Shown piece by piece: positions 40,867 to 54,252 of a DNA stretch of 64,000 nucleotides; within the stretch, counting starts at the first letter, position 1; the number at the start of each line of letters is the position of its first letter. The notes under the pieces were generated by a model. It was not told the DNA's origin. It saw nothing but the letters and a program-made list of their open reading frames with translations, and made no database searches. The stretch is from NCBI GenBank assembly GCA_022813965.1, contig JALDZS010000030.1, positions 62,001 through 126,000 on the forward strand. The letters run 5' to 3'. The stretch comes from Toensbergia leucococca (lineage: Eukaryota). Made by a program: the position numbers and the translations under genes.

Positions 40867-41106
40867 GTGGCAGGAAGGCTATGTTGAAGAAACTTGAAAT
40901 CGGAGATGCACTTCAGGGATGGGTTTAGCCAGGAAGGTCGAGGTAGCTATATCGACGATGAAAGACGTGTAGGTAGCCAATAAGTCCCCTGGAGACCTAT
41001 TATTACTTCACAAGCTATGCAATCCCTCGTGTTGGCTCTAGTTCTCATTTGAGTCATGCCCTGTATACTGTCCGTCATCAAGTCATTGGAAAAATAATCA
41101 AACCCC

Positions 41107-42728
41107 TCATTTCTTTCCTAGCTTCAGCCAACGGGGTTGCCCACCCTTGACCTCCCTCTTCGCTCCATCCGTCTCCTTCTCCTTTCCCGCACCGACTTCA
41201 CTAAGCTCCTCAATTTGCTCGACGCTTTGCACTTCTTCAACCTCGATTTCCCTTGCACTCTCTTTGTATTGCTCCTTCAAAATTGTACCTGACCTTGCTT
41301 CAAGACTTGCACCATCCTCCCAAATAAAATTTACTAGCACCCTTCCCATCATTCTTAGTCCTTCTATCAACTTGGTCGATCCTTCACGCGGTACGCTTTT
41401 CCGTCCTCCTGCTGCGCTAAAACTCAAAATGAATGGCTCCTCCTCCTTATCAAGCATGCCCTTTACAAAATCATATAGGTTACGTGCCGTATCCGTATTT
41501 GAGAACTTACTGATGACCTGTGTCTGGTCGGGAAACCTTACTTTGATCTCCACCTCCTTTACACTGGCCATCTTTTGTTCTTGAGCTTCTTGTTGCAAAG
41601 CAACTTCAGCATCGGTAGGAAGTCGCCTGTTCCGCGCAGTAGTAGAAAGGCGAGATTGGTGATGCTTGGCATGGTCAATGGTAGGCTCGTAGTCGTTCTC
41701 GATGTGTTCTTGGCGGGCTGCGTAGGGTATGGCGGAAGAAGGTGGGGCGAAGACTGAGATGGGACGATGACCGGGACCTGGTAATGTAACATCGGATAGT
41801 GACGGGAGATTTATAGGGACTTGATCTTCCTTGTCCTCATTCCCACTTGATGGTTTTGCTAATAGAGGAGCGTCAGTATTGTCTATGAGACTCGTTGTGG
41901 TTTCGGTAGGCAGGGATTTCATTGTGATATCTTTAAAATCTATTGTTTCAGATGTTTCTATAGTGGAGTCCTTTATCTTGGCGATATCTGCAGGTGCTCT
42001 TTTGTCTTCTCTGCCATCGACAGAGTTGAAAAATTCTCCTATCTGCTCCATAGTTTCCTCAAATGGAGTTCCTGACACGCGGAAACTCAGACGCAGAAGG
42101 GTACTACCGCTATTGAATCCCAATTGGCCAAGTGTCTTTTGCAGGTCGGCGAACGACGACAGCTCTCTTCCCATCACTTGCAGGACTGGCGTTTCATAGT
42201 ATAGTCGCCCAGCACCAGTGTCATTATTGGCACTTTGAGGTGTTCCTCGAGCGGTGAAATTCCTTGTTGGTCCTGCACCACCAGCAGCACCAGACTCAAA
42301 CTTTCGTAATATCAACCACAAAGTGGTTGTACTTGGGAATTTATCCATGAGACGGTTATTTGGCACACTCTGCGCTTCTGACTCAGGGAGCTGAAGAGCA
42401 ACGGACACGACAGAGGGTGAGCGTGAGAGTAGAACTAGCGCGAGCTTCGCGCCAGAGGAAAGAGTCGAGAGGCGTATTGTCCGCGAGAGGTCCAAAGCCT
42501 TGTTGTTGTTTCTGCAGCGCATCCCGATCAGTGAAAGCTCTGCAATGAGAACCTCGAGGCAATGAAAATCTCCTCAGAGTTGGGGGCCTACTTCAACCCA
42601 TAGCAAGCAGCGTCGAGTCCAAATTTTGAACAAGCTTCTTGCAGAACATCACTTAGGTATTTACCAGGGTTGGTTTTTATCACCACACGGCGAGCAGAAG
42701 AGTCGAGGACCACAACGTGTGAAGCCAT
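41107..42728 (-). CDS. TUG/ASPL-like UBX-domain protein (Cdc48 cofactor, Ubx4-like)
   Basis: N-terminal ubiquitin-like block (KYLSDVLQEACSKFGL...LDLSRTIRLSTLSSGAKL), UBX IKVRFPDQT, C-terminal PRWLKLGKK. Confidence 0.85.
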
Positions 42729-43164
42729 ACTAAATTGCTTCTGTAGCCCTCGAAGACAACGCCGATGAGTAAGAGCCACACGTTTGCGTGGGCTGCAGTA
42801 TCAAAATAAGAGGCTTGGTTCTATGATACAATACTGAAACGGCTAGGTACTTGGAGATGGGAGCACGAACGTAAAGCTGGATGTACCAGTATGAGTATGG
42901 ATGGATGGAGATGATTGTTTAGAAAGCGGGTTTCGTATGACGCTGTCGGCAGCGGATTATGATGACGCCGAAGCCACATTGATACCCTAAGCAGTTAGAG
43001 CAATCTCGGTATCCCTGTGAGGCTCTACATCTCTCCAACGCGTAGACCTTGACCGGAATCTGTCTTGATTTTAATAATTTCTATTGAACGACAGCAAAAT
43101 ACTGCAGCAACTCTTTACAAGTTCGCCCTCGGAACCATACTGTCCGCTCGATTGATATTGAAGC

Positions 43165-43946
43165 ATGGTACGAGTCTAAGTTACTTCCGTTGGCTCCAAG
43201 CACTACTAACATTTGCAGGGCTCGCCGTTCAGCATCAGTGAGCCTCACACCGGCGCTCTACTACATGCGGCTTTTGCTAACAGCAAGCTCAAGATGGTGG
43301 CGCCTGCGTAGCTATGGTCGGTAAAGACTGTGTTGCCATCGCATGCGATCTTCGCCTAGGCCTCCAATCCCTAACGGTCTCAAATAACTTCCCAAAGATC
43401 TTCTCCTATGGCGACGTCTACCTTGGCCTTACAGGCCTTGCCACCGATGTTTCTACTGTCTCTGACCTATTTCGCTACAAAGTAAATATGTACCGCCTCC
43501 GAGAAGAACGACAAATATCACCTCAAACCATGGCAAATCTAGTGTCTAGCAGTCTCTACGAGAAGAGATTCGGGCCATACTTCATCAGTCCAGTAATCGC
43601 AGGAATTAATCATACGACGGGAAAGCCATTCATCTGTGGATTTGATAGTATAGGGTGTATAGATTTTGCAAAAGACTTCATTGTATCAGGAACGGCGAGT
43701 GATCAGCTATTCGGTACATGTGAAGGTCTATGGGAACCCGACCTAGTAGGTTATATCAAGAGACTATGCATGATATTTCGCTGATGGAGTTTCCGATCTC
43801 AGGAGCCAGAGGATCTCTTTGAGACAATATCACAGGCATTACTCAACGCTGCGGACAGAGACGCCCTGTCAGGCTGGGGGGCACATGTGTATATCGTGGA
43901 GAAAGATAAAGTCACGAAGAGATTACTGAAGGGTAGGCAAGATTAG
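43165..43946 (+). CDS. PUP3: 20S proteasome subunit beta-3
   Basis: [30 protein letters not shown]...YEKRFGPYF...DRDALSGWG...RLLKGRQD; the first coding exon is the ATG alone. Confidence 0.96.
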
Positions 43947-44179
43947 TTATTGCGTGCGTTCCAATTCAATTCGAGACTTAAGCCTTAGCAATCAACGCTC
44001 GACATCGAGCTAAATCCCAACGTGACCAAGCTGGGACAGAAACCCATCAACGGCAACTCGAGCTTCGTTTGCCTTGCCGCCAAAATATATTGAAAAGCAA
44101 CATAAATTGTATCAGTGTTAATGATGAGCAGGGATAGTGATCAGCGTTTTGTTACATACCAGACGTACGCATCACTGTG

Positions 44180-44850
44180 CTTCAGTATTGATGCCTCACA
44201 CCATGTCTATCTACCTTTTTGCACTTCATGTTGTCATATTTGACTTGTGCTCTCTTTCTTACCTTGTTCTCTTTCACTTCAAAATTTATACATTGTGACA
44301 ATGATATAAAAGAGTAATATGAGAATGGCAACACTGAGAGTTGCTTCTCTCCGAAGTTATGAGAAATTGAAGATGACATTAGCAATAAAGCTGATTGTGC
44401 TGATGACGAGTCTGACATGTCCAAGAGCTGTGTACTGATTTGAGAAACAGTCAGAGAGAAAAAAAAGCAAATGAACAAAGACATACACTACTTAAATCTC
44501 ATTGCTTCAAATTTGTGACATTGATGCATTATTGACTTTAGAGCTGGTTCACGAACTGAAATGCAGAGTGTAACGTATCAGATGAGAAAAAGATTGTATC
44601 ACAGCATCATATCATTGCTGTGAAAGAATGTTACAGCTTGCTAAATAGCAATGTCAGATGTGTTCTGTCAGAGAGTGTTTCTGATTCACTGTCAACAGAC
44701 ATCTAACCTATCTTCTGAGGTTGAGAATGTATCTGTTATGTTTAAAATCATTCTACTAGACATCTAATGTGAAGATTAACAGAGTGATTAAGTTTTGAGA
44801 TGAGGATTATCTTGATTTTAATACTATTTGAAGCTAAGCAGGTGAGTGAT
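44180..44850. mobile_element. Degenerate repeat/transposon relic (CpG-depleted, AT-rich)
   Basis: Abrupt composition shift: only about 4 CG dinucleotides seen in about 670 nt, with excess TG/CA and no intact ORF. Confidence 0.5.
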
Positions 44851-45171
44851 ATTTCGATTAGAAAAATGGTTTGTTGAAGCGCTGAGGAGAGGCTCAACGG
44901 CGTTTAGGTTGATCAAGGAAGAGCTGTAAGAGTGTGGAATTTCTACGAGAAGAATTAGAATAGCGACTTATGCTTTCTCAACTGAATAAGTTTGGCAAAC
45001 CCCTCCAAAAAGACACGTCACACTCAGTACGAGTACTAGTACCTTAGACTTTATCTACAATGCTGATTCCTATATCGCATAGACGGCACCAGAGACTTCT
45101 TTAATTACAGAACCAAAACCGATTGCTTGCATAAAAATCTATCTAGTCTAGCTAATCCATACAAAGCGACC

Positions 45172-48100
45172 CTATTCCTTCTTCGCCCTCACCTCCAACG
45201 GCTTGGGCAAATACAATTTTCTCTCGAAGTATTTGAGAACCTCGTCGATGAGTCTGTCATGTACCATTAGCACCTTGCAAATAGAAACCAGTGGTAATAC
45301 GATAGACATACATAACAGGAATACTAATCAACAAAACCGCCTGCCATTCATTCCAATTGAGCGGGACGATTGAAAAGAGGCTTTGCAGCACGGGCGTGTA
45401 GATCAGGGCGAAATGGAGGGCCATGGACAGGCTGATGGCGTAAACAAGGATCATGTTGTCCCAGAGTGGAAGCGTGAGGAGGGATTCACTCGAAGAGAGG
45501 GCGTTCATAGCGTTGAGCATTTCGATAACGACAAGGCTTTCAAGTTCATGGATGTTAGTGAGTGCATTGTTAGAGGTGAGTCATTGAAAGGACTTACATC
45601 GAGAGGGACATCGTTGAGGCGGATTTGGAGCTGTCGTTTGAGAACATCTCGCAGCCGATTTCGGGGAATTGGGACGAGCATCGGTGGAAGTGGGACTGAA
45701 GGGTTAGCTGGCGTCCATGGTTGCAGGCCTCAAGGAGATTTGGACATACCAATTGCCAGAACGTAATCTGAGGACCCTCAAGGTTGTACATGAACCACCA
45801 TGCATAACCGAAAACAGTTGCGGCGCCAACATAGATGCCAACCACCATGTATCTGAAAAATAACCAACCTCCTACAAGAGCTTCGTCCCGCTTTCGCGGA
45901 GGTCGTCTCATGACATCATGATCTGGAGGATTGAAAGACAACGCAGTAGCGGGAAGACCGTCAGTGACAAGATTCACCCAAAGAAGTTGCACAGGTATAA
46001 GTGCTTCCGGCATACCGGCTGCAGCCGTCAAGAAGATCGAGACCACTTCTCCGATATTCGACGAGATCAGGTACCGAATGAACTGCTGGGTATTATTATA
46101 GATGGACCTGCCTTCCTCGACAGCGACCTCGATAGTTGCGAAATTGTCGTCTGCGAGAACCATGTCCGCCGCCAGCTTAGCTACGTCGGTTCCAGATCCC
46201 ATTGCGACCCCAATGTCAGACTTTTTCAGTGCGGGTGCATCATTAACTCCATCGCCAGTCATGGCGACCACCTCGCCGGTAGACTGAAGTAAGTCTACAA
46301 GCTTGGATTTGTGCGACGGCTCTGTTCTCGAGAAAAGCAACGCCGTTTTTGCTGCTCGTAGCTTCCCGTCGTCGCTAAGGTTATCGAATTCTCTTCCTGT
46401 ATAGCTCTTGCCTGTGAGATCTTCGTGTTCTCCAAAGACTCCGATCTGACGGCAGATTGTCTCAGCAGTATTTTGGTTGTCTCCGGTAATCACCACGACT
46501 CGGATGCCTGCTTCCCTACATTTGCGAATTGATCCTGCCACTTCAGGTCTCGGAGGATCTAACATTCCCACGAGTCCGATCAATGTCATATCTTGTTCTA
46601 GTTGTGTATATTCAGTAGTAGTTTTGGCGGTACTCAGCAGTGGATTTGATGCCACATTATCTATGCTGGCAAGCGCGATGACGCGGAGCCCACGATTGCC
46701 GTACTCCGCAACCTCTTCGGAAAGAAGAATGGTGAGTTTTCTATCAAGGGGTACTCTCTTACCCTTCGTACCCAGCAAAGCATGAGAGCAACGCTCTATG
46801 ACTGACTCTGGAGCCCCCTTCACAAGAAGGCGTTGCTGATTTCCATGGCCTACAAGTACAGACATGCTTTTCCTATCTCGTGAGAATTCGTATGTTGCCC
46901 GTAGCGGAGACTGATCTTCATAATACTTGCTGGCGTAATGCAGTCTCTCCTGAATCGGTACTTTCTGTCGCTGTTGATTGTGCACAGGATCGGGGCTGCC
47001 GATCTTTTCGACGAGAACGCGTAATGCCCCTTCAGTAGGCTCGCCCACATTGTGAAAGGTACCATTCTTAGGATCAAAGGATAATTGAGATTCATTGCAC
47101 AGTGCAGCAATCTCAGTCATATTAAGAACTGTCTTCGAAACACTTGCGGCGTTCACTACTACCACACCACTTGACGATATGTCTCCTTCCGGGGCGAACG
47201 TAGTGCCCTCGACGTCTAATTCTTCCAAATCAGTACCAAATTCGTTGAGGAACACCATTTTGTTAACGCTCATCTGATTCGTGGTCAAAGTACCAGTCTT
47301 GTCGGAACAGATGATGCTACAACTCCCGAGAGTCTCGACAGAGGGTAGACTTCGAACGACGGCATTTTTTGCTGCCATCTTCCGAGTTCCAAGGGCCAAG
47401 CATGTTGTGATGACAACAGCAAGCCCCTCAGGAATCGCCGCCACGCCAAGGGACACAGCGATCTACGATCGAATTTAGCATGACGTATCGAGAGGACAGA
47501 GCGATGTTCACCTTAAGATAATATATTGCGCCTTTCGCCCAACTTCCATGTGAGGGATCACTGAAATGCTGGATGTTGATGAGCCATACAAGAATACAGA
47601 TGACGGTGATGACCTTTGCCAGCATATCCCCAAATTCGTTCAATTTCTGCTTCAGAGGTGTAGGCTCAGAGATCTGGGAGGTGATGCTGTCGTGAATGTC
47701 TCCAATTGCAGTCATGCTTCCAGTCAGAACCACGAGCGCAGTTGCATGGCCTGTCACAACAGTGGTTCCAGAAAATAACATGTTGAGTTGGTCTTGCTTC
47801 ACGGCTCCCGAATCCGTGATCGCTTTGGTGTCCTTCCCAACACTTTCACTTTCTCCAGTCAAGATGGCTTGATCGACCTGGAAGTTATTACTCTGGATTG
47901 AAAGAACCCTACAATCAGCCGGTATCCGGTCACCGACGGCTACAGATATAACATCTCCTGGTACTAGCTCTTCTGCTCTTATACGCTTCGTTGCTCCATT
48001 ACGGACTACCTTGGCTTCATTGGCCGAATACTCTTGTAAAGCAGCGATAGCCTTCTCGGCGCTGCTCTCCTGCGATACTCCGACAACCGCGTTGAGGATG

Positions 48101-48513
48101 AGAATGGTCAATATCTACCGGTATAGTTTCAGTGAGCAATGTATCTTGTTGAGGAGGGTCTCAGGAGTCACCTACAACAAGAGGATCTACGAATGCTGTC
48201 CAGCCTTCGCCATCTTCAAATAGAGCAAGAACAAAAGAGATTGCGGCCGATCCAAGTAGGATTATTACTAGCTGATCTTTGAATTGTTCAAGAATGAGCT
48301 GCCAAAGGGGAGTTGGAGGATCTTCTGGTAAAGCTGCATGCCAGATGGGTTAGCCCTGATTTTCTGCGACTTAGCACCAAGGCGATGTACAGTACCGTTG
48401 CGCCCATATTTTTCAGTGGCAGTCTGCACCTGCGGATCGGACAAGCCATGGTGTTCATCTACGTGAAACCGCTGAAGCACTTCTTCAACCGGCAAGAGAA
48501 ACGAAGTGTCCAT
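45172..48513 (-). CDS. SERCA-type (P2A) Ca2+-transporting ATPase
   Basis: [66 protein letters not shown]. Confidence 0.96.
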
Positions 48514-49648
48514 GTCGAGTGGGTTCTCGAGGGTCCTTTTAAGCGTGTCCAGCAGTATGCTTGAGATGAAGTGGACACAGGCGTAAGTAGGAGATGCAAA
48601 AGAAGACTACCTTGTACAATTGACCAGAAAGTAAAGAGTTGTAGAAGGCATGCTGCTGGAGCTGTTGGGCCACCGTAGCAAAGTAAGACGTGGCCTGTAA
48701 ATTTTTTTGATGTGTTCATCATCCCGCAGCGCTAGTGCCACTTGCCGTAGCACACCAAACAGAGCCTCAATCTTCCATACTTCAACTTCAATTACTCCGT
48801 ACACATCCCTTTAATCTTTGAAGTCCATCGAACTATCTTCCCCTGAACGTGCTCCCGGGCTCATGAGCTTAAGGCTCTTTTTGAAATATTCAAGTTTCCG
48901 ATGATACTCCTAGAGCCATAGCCACTAGGAGTTGAGTTTCATTCAGCCATCGTCGTTCCACTACTACGTACAACACGATTCATGACCGCCTCTCGCCAAT
49001 GTCTGATAGTCATGCTAAACGTTTTGTTTTCGTCCTGTCAAACAATTATATGGCGTTAAATACCAGTGCTGGCTTAATGACCTTCGGGTCATCTCCAACA
49101 AATTGAGACGAATCATGGAAAGCCTGCTTGAGTGTCAGCACGTATGTCGTTTGTCTTTGGTGGCTGCTAAGGTAGATTTTACACGATGCCCAAATTGAAG
49201 TCTGCTGATTCTAGTGCCCGAGTTGATGCTGCCTCCCGGGCAACTCGATGTCAACATGAAAGCAGAACCATAACAGAATACATAAGATGTCGTGTCGACA
49301 ACCCGGGGGCCTTTGAATGACGTTCGAATAACATCCAGATGACATTTTTTAATGCTACGTGCAACTTAAATAGATGCCGTTGCAGTAATGCTTTAATTAA
49401 AGTGCTTGTACTACCCGTACGTAGAATTAGAACACTTGTACGGAGTAGAATACAGACTCCTGAGCAAGGCGCAGTCGCTTCTCTCGCTTAGACCCGTATG
49501 GAAAATCGCGCGTTGTCATTGATCAAACATCCATCATCCTCAACACATCTGGCCAAACTATCAACCACCTTAAAGCCATACCATCACCACACTACTTTCT
49601 CTTGAATTGTATCCTATCACTCCTTACCAACAACCGCCGAAACTCAAC

Positions 49649-50982
49649 ATGACGAGCGAAGTAAGTCTACAGCCTCCCTATCAAACCGGTCATGTGATGC
49701 ATTATCCTCAACTTTACTTTCTGCTTTACTGCTACTCTCAAAAGACAGAGTAAGAACTTTCAGCTAACATGGATACGTTGCGCTATAGCGTGAGAGGTAT
49801 GGCATCAAATATTTATCTGGGTGATACGATTCTTATATTAATGTCCCTCTAGCAAGACTTTTCTCGCGAGGCTGTGTGAGCAAGCTGAGCGCTACGATGG
49901 TATGCCTTGTTTACCGTGTCTAATGCCCACTTGAGATGCTAAGTAACCATGATTCACAGAAATGGTCACGTATATGAAGGTCAATAGCTTCTGAAACACT
50001 CCAGCTTTACTTTCGCAAGCTGACATGATATATAGGAAGTCGCGAAGGTACAAAGCCTGTCCATGTCACTGCTAGACCGAAATGCCATGCGCTCCAAGCT
50101 GGATGCTAATACGGATCATAGATTGGCGGCGAGCTCACGGTCGACGAACGCAACCTTCTATCTGTCGCCTACAAGAATGTGGTCGGAACTCGACGTGCTT
50201 CCTGGCGCATAATCTCGTCTATCGAGCAGAAAGAGGAGTCCAAGGGTTCAGATAAGCACGTCGGCACTATCCGTGACTACCGTCAAAAGATTGAGACCGA
50301 GCTCGAGAGGGTGTGCCAGGATGTGCTTGATGTTCTGGATGAGTCATTAATCCCCAAAGCCGAGTCCGGCGAGTCAAAGGTTTTTTATCATAAAATGTTT
50401 GTGGCCGCGTATTACACGTGATGACTTTGCAATTGGACGTGTTGCTGATCGACCTAATAATTCAGGAAGGGAGACTATCACCGCTACCTTGCAGAGTTTG
50501 CATCAGGAGAGAAGCGTAAGGTTGCTGCCACTGCCGCTCACGAGGCATACAAAGTACGGGGCCACAATTTCTACTTAAGTAACATATCGCTAAGTGCTGC
50601 GTAGAATGCAACAGACGTTGCACAAACCGAGCTTACCCCGACCCACCCGATCCGTCTTGGCCTCGCGTTGAATTTTTCTGTTTTCTACTACGAGATTTTA
50701 AATTCACCGGATCGGGCTTGCCATTTGGCAAAGCAGGCTTTTGACGATGCAATTGCCGAGCTTGACTCACTTTCCGAGGAGTCTTACCGTGATAGCACCC
50801 TCATCATGCAGCTACTCCGCGACAACTTGACTCTCTGGACTTCCTCGGATGGCGGCGATGCCGAGGCCCCTCCAGCTGGTGAGGCATCAAAGGAGGCTGA
50901 GAAGGCGACATCCGCCGAGCCCAAAGCGGAAGCGCCTGCTGCTACGGAAGGCTCGGCAGAAGCTCCAGCTACCGAGTCCTAA
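49649..50982 (+). CDS. 14-3-3 protein
   Basis: [33 protein letters not shown]...[14 protein letters not shown]...[10 protein letters not shown]...[14 protein letters not shown]...[14 protein letters not shown]. Confidence 0.97.
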
Positions 50983-51722
50983 ACCTGCTCGTTGCATGCC
51001 ATCTGCTCGGCTCAACAACTGCGAAGGTCCACGAAGTCGAGCTAGTTTTACGGAAATGTGTTGGTTATGATAGTTGCAATCCCCTTGATACGTTCAGTGG
51101 AGGGAGCCAGCGGCGGAATGTTAGGGCGAAAGAGATGATGTTGTTGAACTTGTGAATGTCTCTTTGTTCTCTGGATTTAGCTCGTCATTATTGCGGCAGG
51201 TAGAAGTCGATGGGGTATGGTCAGCTCAATCGGCTGTACTACAGAGATGTGTCTTTGTGAAGCGCTGGGTTAAGCCAAAGGGTCTGTTCTTCTCATTTAG
51301 AGTGATTCGAGCACAATGCAAAACCAGTCTCTACCTTAATCTTCAACACTGCGGTACGTGATCCCTTAACAAGAAGCAGAGTTCAAGATACACTGCGAAT
51401 TTAACGGAGTCACTTCCCATTGTGTCAATCGATCCTTAGTTTGAATAAATACGCCGTCTGAAGAGGACTATGAGCCTGTAAGTACTCCGTAATTGTCACC
51501 GGTTTTTTGAAAGCGAAGGGTACATGAAGTCATTCCTCTCAGACCTGCTGTAAGTAGATCTGAGGAGGTGTTATCGATAAGACCTGCAGGTGAGGGGCTC
51601 AAAGCCGTGGCTCATTTAGAGTAGTATTGTTCCTCTTGACATTGTTGTTCCCCATTCCTGAATGAAAGCATGGCGATCAAGTCCTAATCCGACCAGCTTC
51701 TGATCGTTCCATCTCATTTACA

Positions 51723-52833
51723 ATGGGACAGTACGCCGACTCGGACGAATGGGCAGATATAGTCCCCATAGCTCAAGATGACGGTGGTCCCAATCCCCTC
51801 GCCGCAATCGCATATACCGACGAGTACAGCGAGGCCATGTCTTACCTCCGCTCCGTTATGGCCAAGAACGAAATGTCTGCCAGGGCCATCGAGCTGACGG
51901 AGCATGTTATCAGCATGAACCCTGCTCATTACACAGTATGGTATATGAACTGTCGATCCTGTCCAGTTGAGTGCATGATGCTCACATACATACGACAGGC
52001 TTTACAGAGCAAATGTCCTATTCTCCCTCCACAGCGATCTCAACCAAGAACTCATATGGCTCAACGGCATTTCTTTTAAGAATCTCAAGAACTATCAGAT
52101 ATGGTAACAACCTTCCTGACTCCCCTGCCAAAAGTTTACCACTTGTGTTTGAATCGATCTGTTGGCTCATGTCACAATTGCTTCCAAAAGGCACCACCGA
52201 CAAGTAGTCATGAATTCCATCTCCACGCTACCTCCCACGGAACTCTCCTTCCTCGCCCGCATTCTCGCCAAAGATGCTAAGAATTACCATGTCTGGTCCT
52301 ACCGCCAATGGCTCGTGCGGCACTTCTCTCAGTGGGATTCAGAGCTTCCGTATGTCGAGTCGCTTCTTCGATCAGATGTTCGAAACAACAGTGCCTGGAA
52401 TCATCGCTGGTTCGTGGTGTTCGGACACTTCGATGCTGGGAACGTACCTAGCGACGTGAACGGGAAGGTTGGGCGAATGTATGATGTAGATGAAGAGGTT
52501 GTAGAACGGGAGATCGAGTACACTAGAAATGCCATCTCGGAAGCGCCGCAAAATCAGTCGCCATGGAATTATCTGAGGGGCGTGTTGAGGAGAGCAGGAA
52601 AGGGGGTGGGTGAGTTGAAGGGGTTTGCGAGCCAGTTTGCAGACATGGAAAAGGAAGACGAGGTGAGAAGTAGCCACGCGCTGGACTTTTTGGCGGATGT
52701 GTACGCTGAGGAGCAGGAGACGGAGAGGGCGGGGAAGGCATTGGAGTTGTTGGCGAGGAGATATGATCCTATCCGAAGAAATTACTGGAATTATAAAAGG
52801 GAGCTGTTGGGCTTAGCGAGGGTGGGGGCTTGA
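51723..52833 (+). CDS. RAM2: Protein farnesyl/geranylgeranyl-transferase type-1 alpha subunit
   Basis: PPTA repeats NPAHYTVW, KNYQIWHHR, DAKNYHVWSYRQW, DVRNNSAWNHRW, PQNQSPWNYL, YDPIRRNYW. Confidence 0.93.
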
Positions 52834-53057
52834 GTATGGATTTGTGAAGAGTGAAGGAGGGTATTTTAGATGTTTGAATATTGCATTAGATACCCTAAGT
52901 CTGTATGTTCCATAAAAACGGATGTTCAAATCTATCAAAAATGTACCTCAGTCGTTCGGTGCATTCGATGCAATCTATTCTATTCTAATGATTGTTCTCT
53001 TGCAATCCCCTGTCAGTACTCGGCACGCAATCAGAATATTCCAGATCCAAGATACTC

Positions 53058-54252
53058 CTATTGTGACATGGCCAGGGTACTTGGTACGTCCGGATCCTTG
53101 GTTGTGATCTGTTTCACAGAGCTATACTTAGCCCTGAATTCAACCAGCATCTCCAATGTGACGTTTGATCCGCCACATACAACAACAACTACCCTGCTCT
53201 CTGGAGTGAGATCCGGAAGAAGCTTCTTGAGACACCCATCATAGCAGGGAGCCACCGACACCCCACAAGCAGGTTCGACGAGCAATCTCTCATCGTCGGC
53301 CAACCGCCAGCATCCCATGCACGCCTCAGCATCCGAAAGTGTGACGCTCTTCACGCTGGGCCGTTGGGCGAAGTGGAACGCCTTCTCGGCGACTCGGCTC
53401 GCTCCCAATGAGGTCGCTATGCTCGTGATTGCGGGGAGCGTGATTAGCTCCCCGGCTTGCAAGGAAGCATGGAGGGACTTCGCTCCCTCTGTCTCCGTGG
53501 CCAAGACATTGACATTGCCCCATCCACATCTATCCAGCCCCACCATTACCCCGCTGAATAGGCCTCCCCCGCCTACCGAGCAGACCAGCGCGTCCGGCTT
53601 ACATCCATTCAGTTGGTTGCTTAGCTCTTCCACAATGGTACTGTTTCCTTCCCAAATATCTTGATGATCAAACGGGGGCACGTATATCCCGTTGCGATCA
53701 TTGGGAAGCATCACTTCTCTCAGGTACGCATCTGCCTCCCTCCAGGTTGCTCCGAGCTGGATCACATCTGATGCGCCAGCGGTGCGGATCTTTGCTATCA
53801 TGAATGGCTTAGTAGAGAGGGGGACAATGACACTTGCGGGGAGGCCGAGGGTTCGGGCAGCAGTAACGCAGGCAAGACCGGCATTTCCACCAGAGGAGGA
53901 GTAGAAGTGGATTAGGTGGGGGTTTGGGTGAGAGCGAATGGATTGGATGAGGAGGTTGCCGATGCCGCTGATTTAGTAGTACGGTGTCAGTACTGATATT
54001 CCGAGTGCCGTACCATAAGATTGGAGATAGCACACACCGAGATTTAAAGGATCCAGCAGGTTGGAGGTTTTCGAGCTTGAGGAAGATTCGACTACATTTG
54101 ATTTTTTCAGTAGGGACTTATATACTAGGTATGAAGCGTCTTGAAGATGAAGGCGTAACATACCACCCTGCAGCTTTAGACAGAGCTGAAGACTCGATCA
54201 AAGGAGTCTCGACCCAGGGAGCTTGGGGCTCTTTTGGAGCTATGCTGCCCAT
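53058..54252 (-). CDS. PLP-dependent L-serine/threonine dehydratase (CHA1/SDS-like)
   Basis: PWVETPL, KLENLQPAGSFKSR, SSSGGNAG, YVPPFDH, CSVGGGGL, LLVEPACG, VCGGSN. Confidence 0.92.

Noticed and set aside
41147..48223. Many antisense or overlapping ORFs of 60 aa or more in the ORF track
   Set aside because: These are shadow ORFs opposite or within real coding exons, with no independent support.
49744..49788. Internal CAG-A-GTAAGA in 14-3-3 intron 1 as a 1-nt exon or twin intron
   Set aside because: It would leave a 39-nt intron and create an immediate frameshift and stop; a single intron explains the protein.
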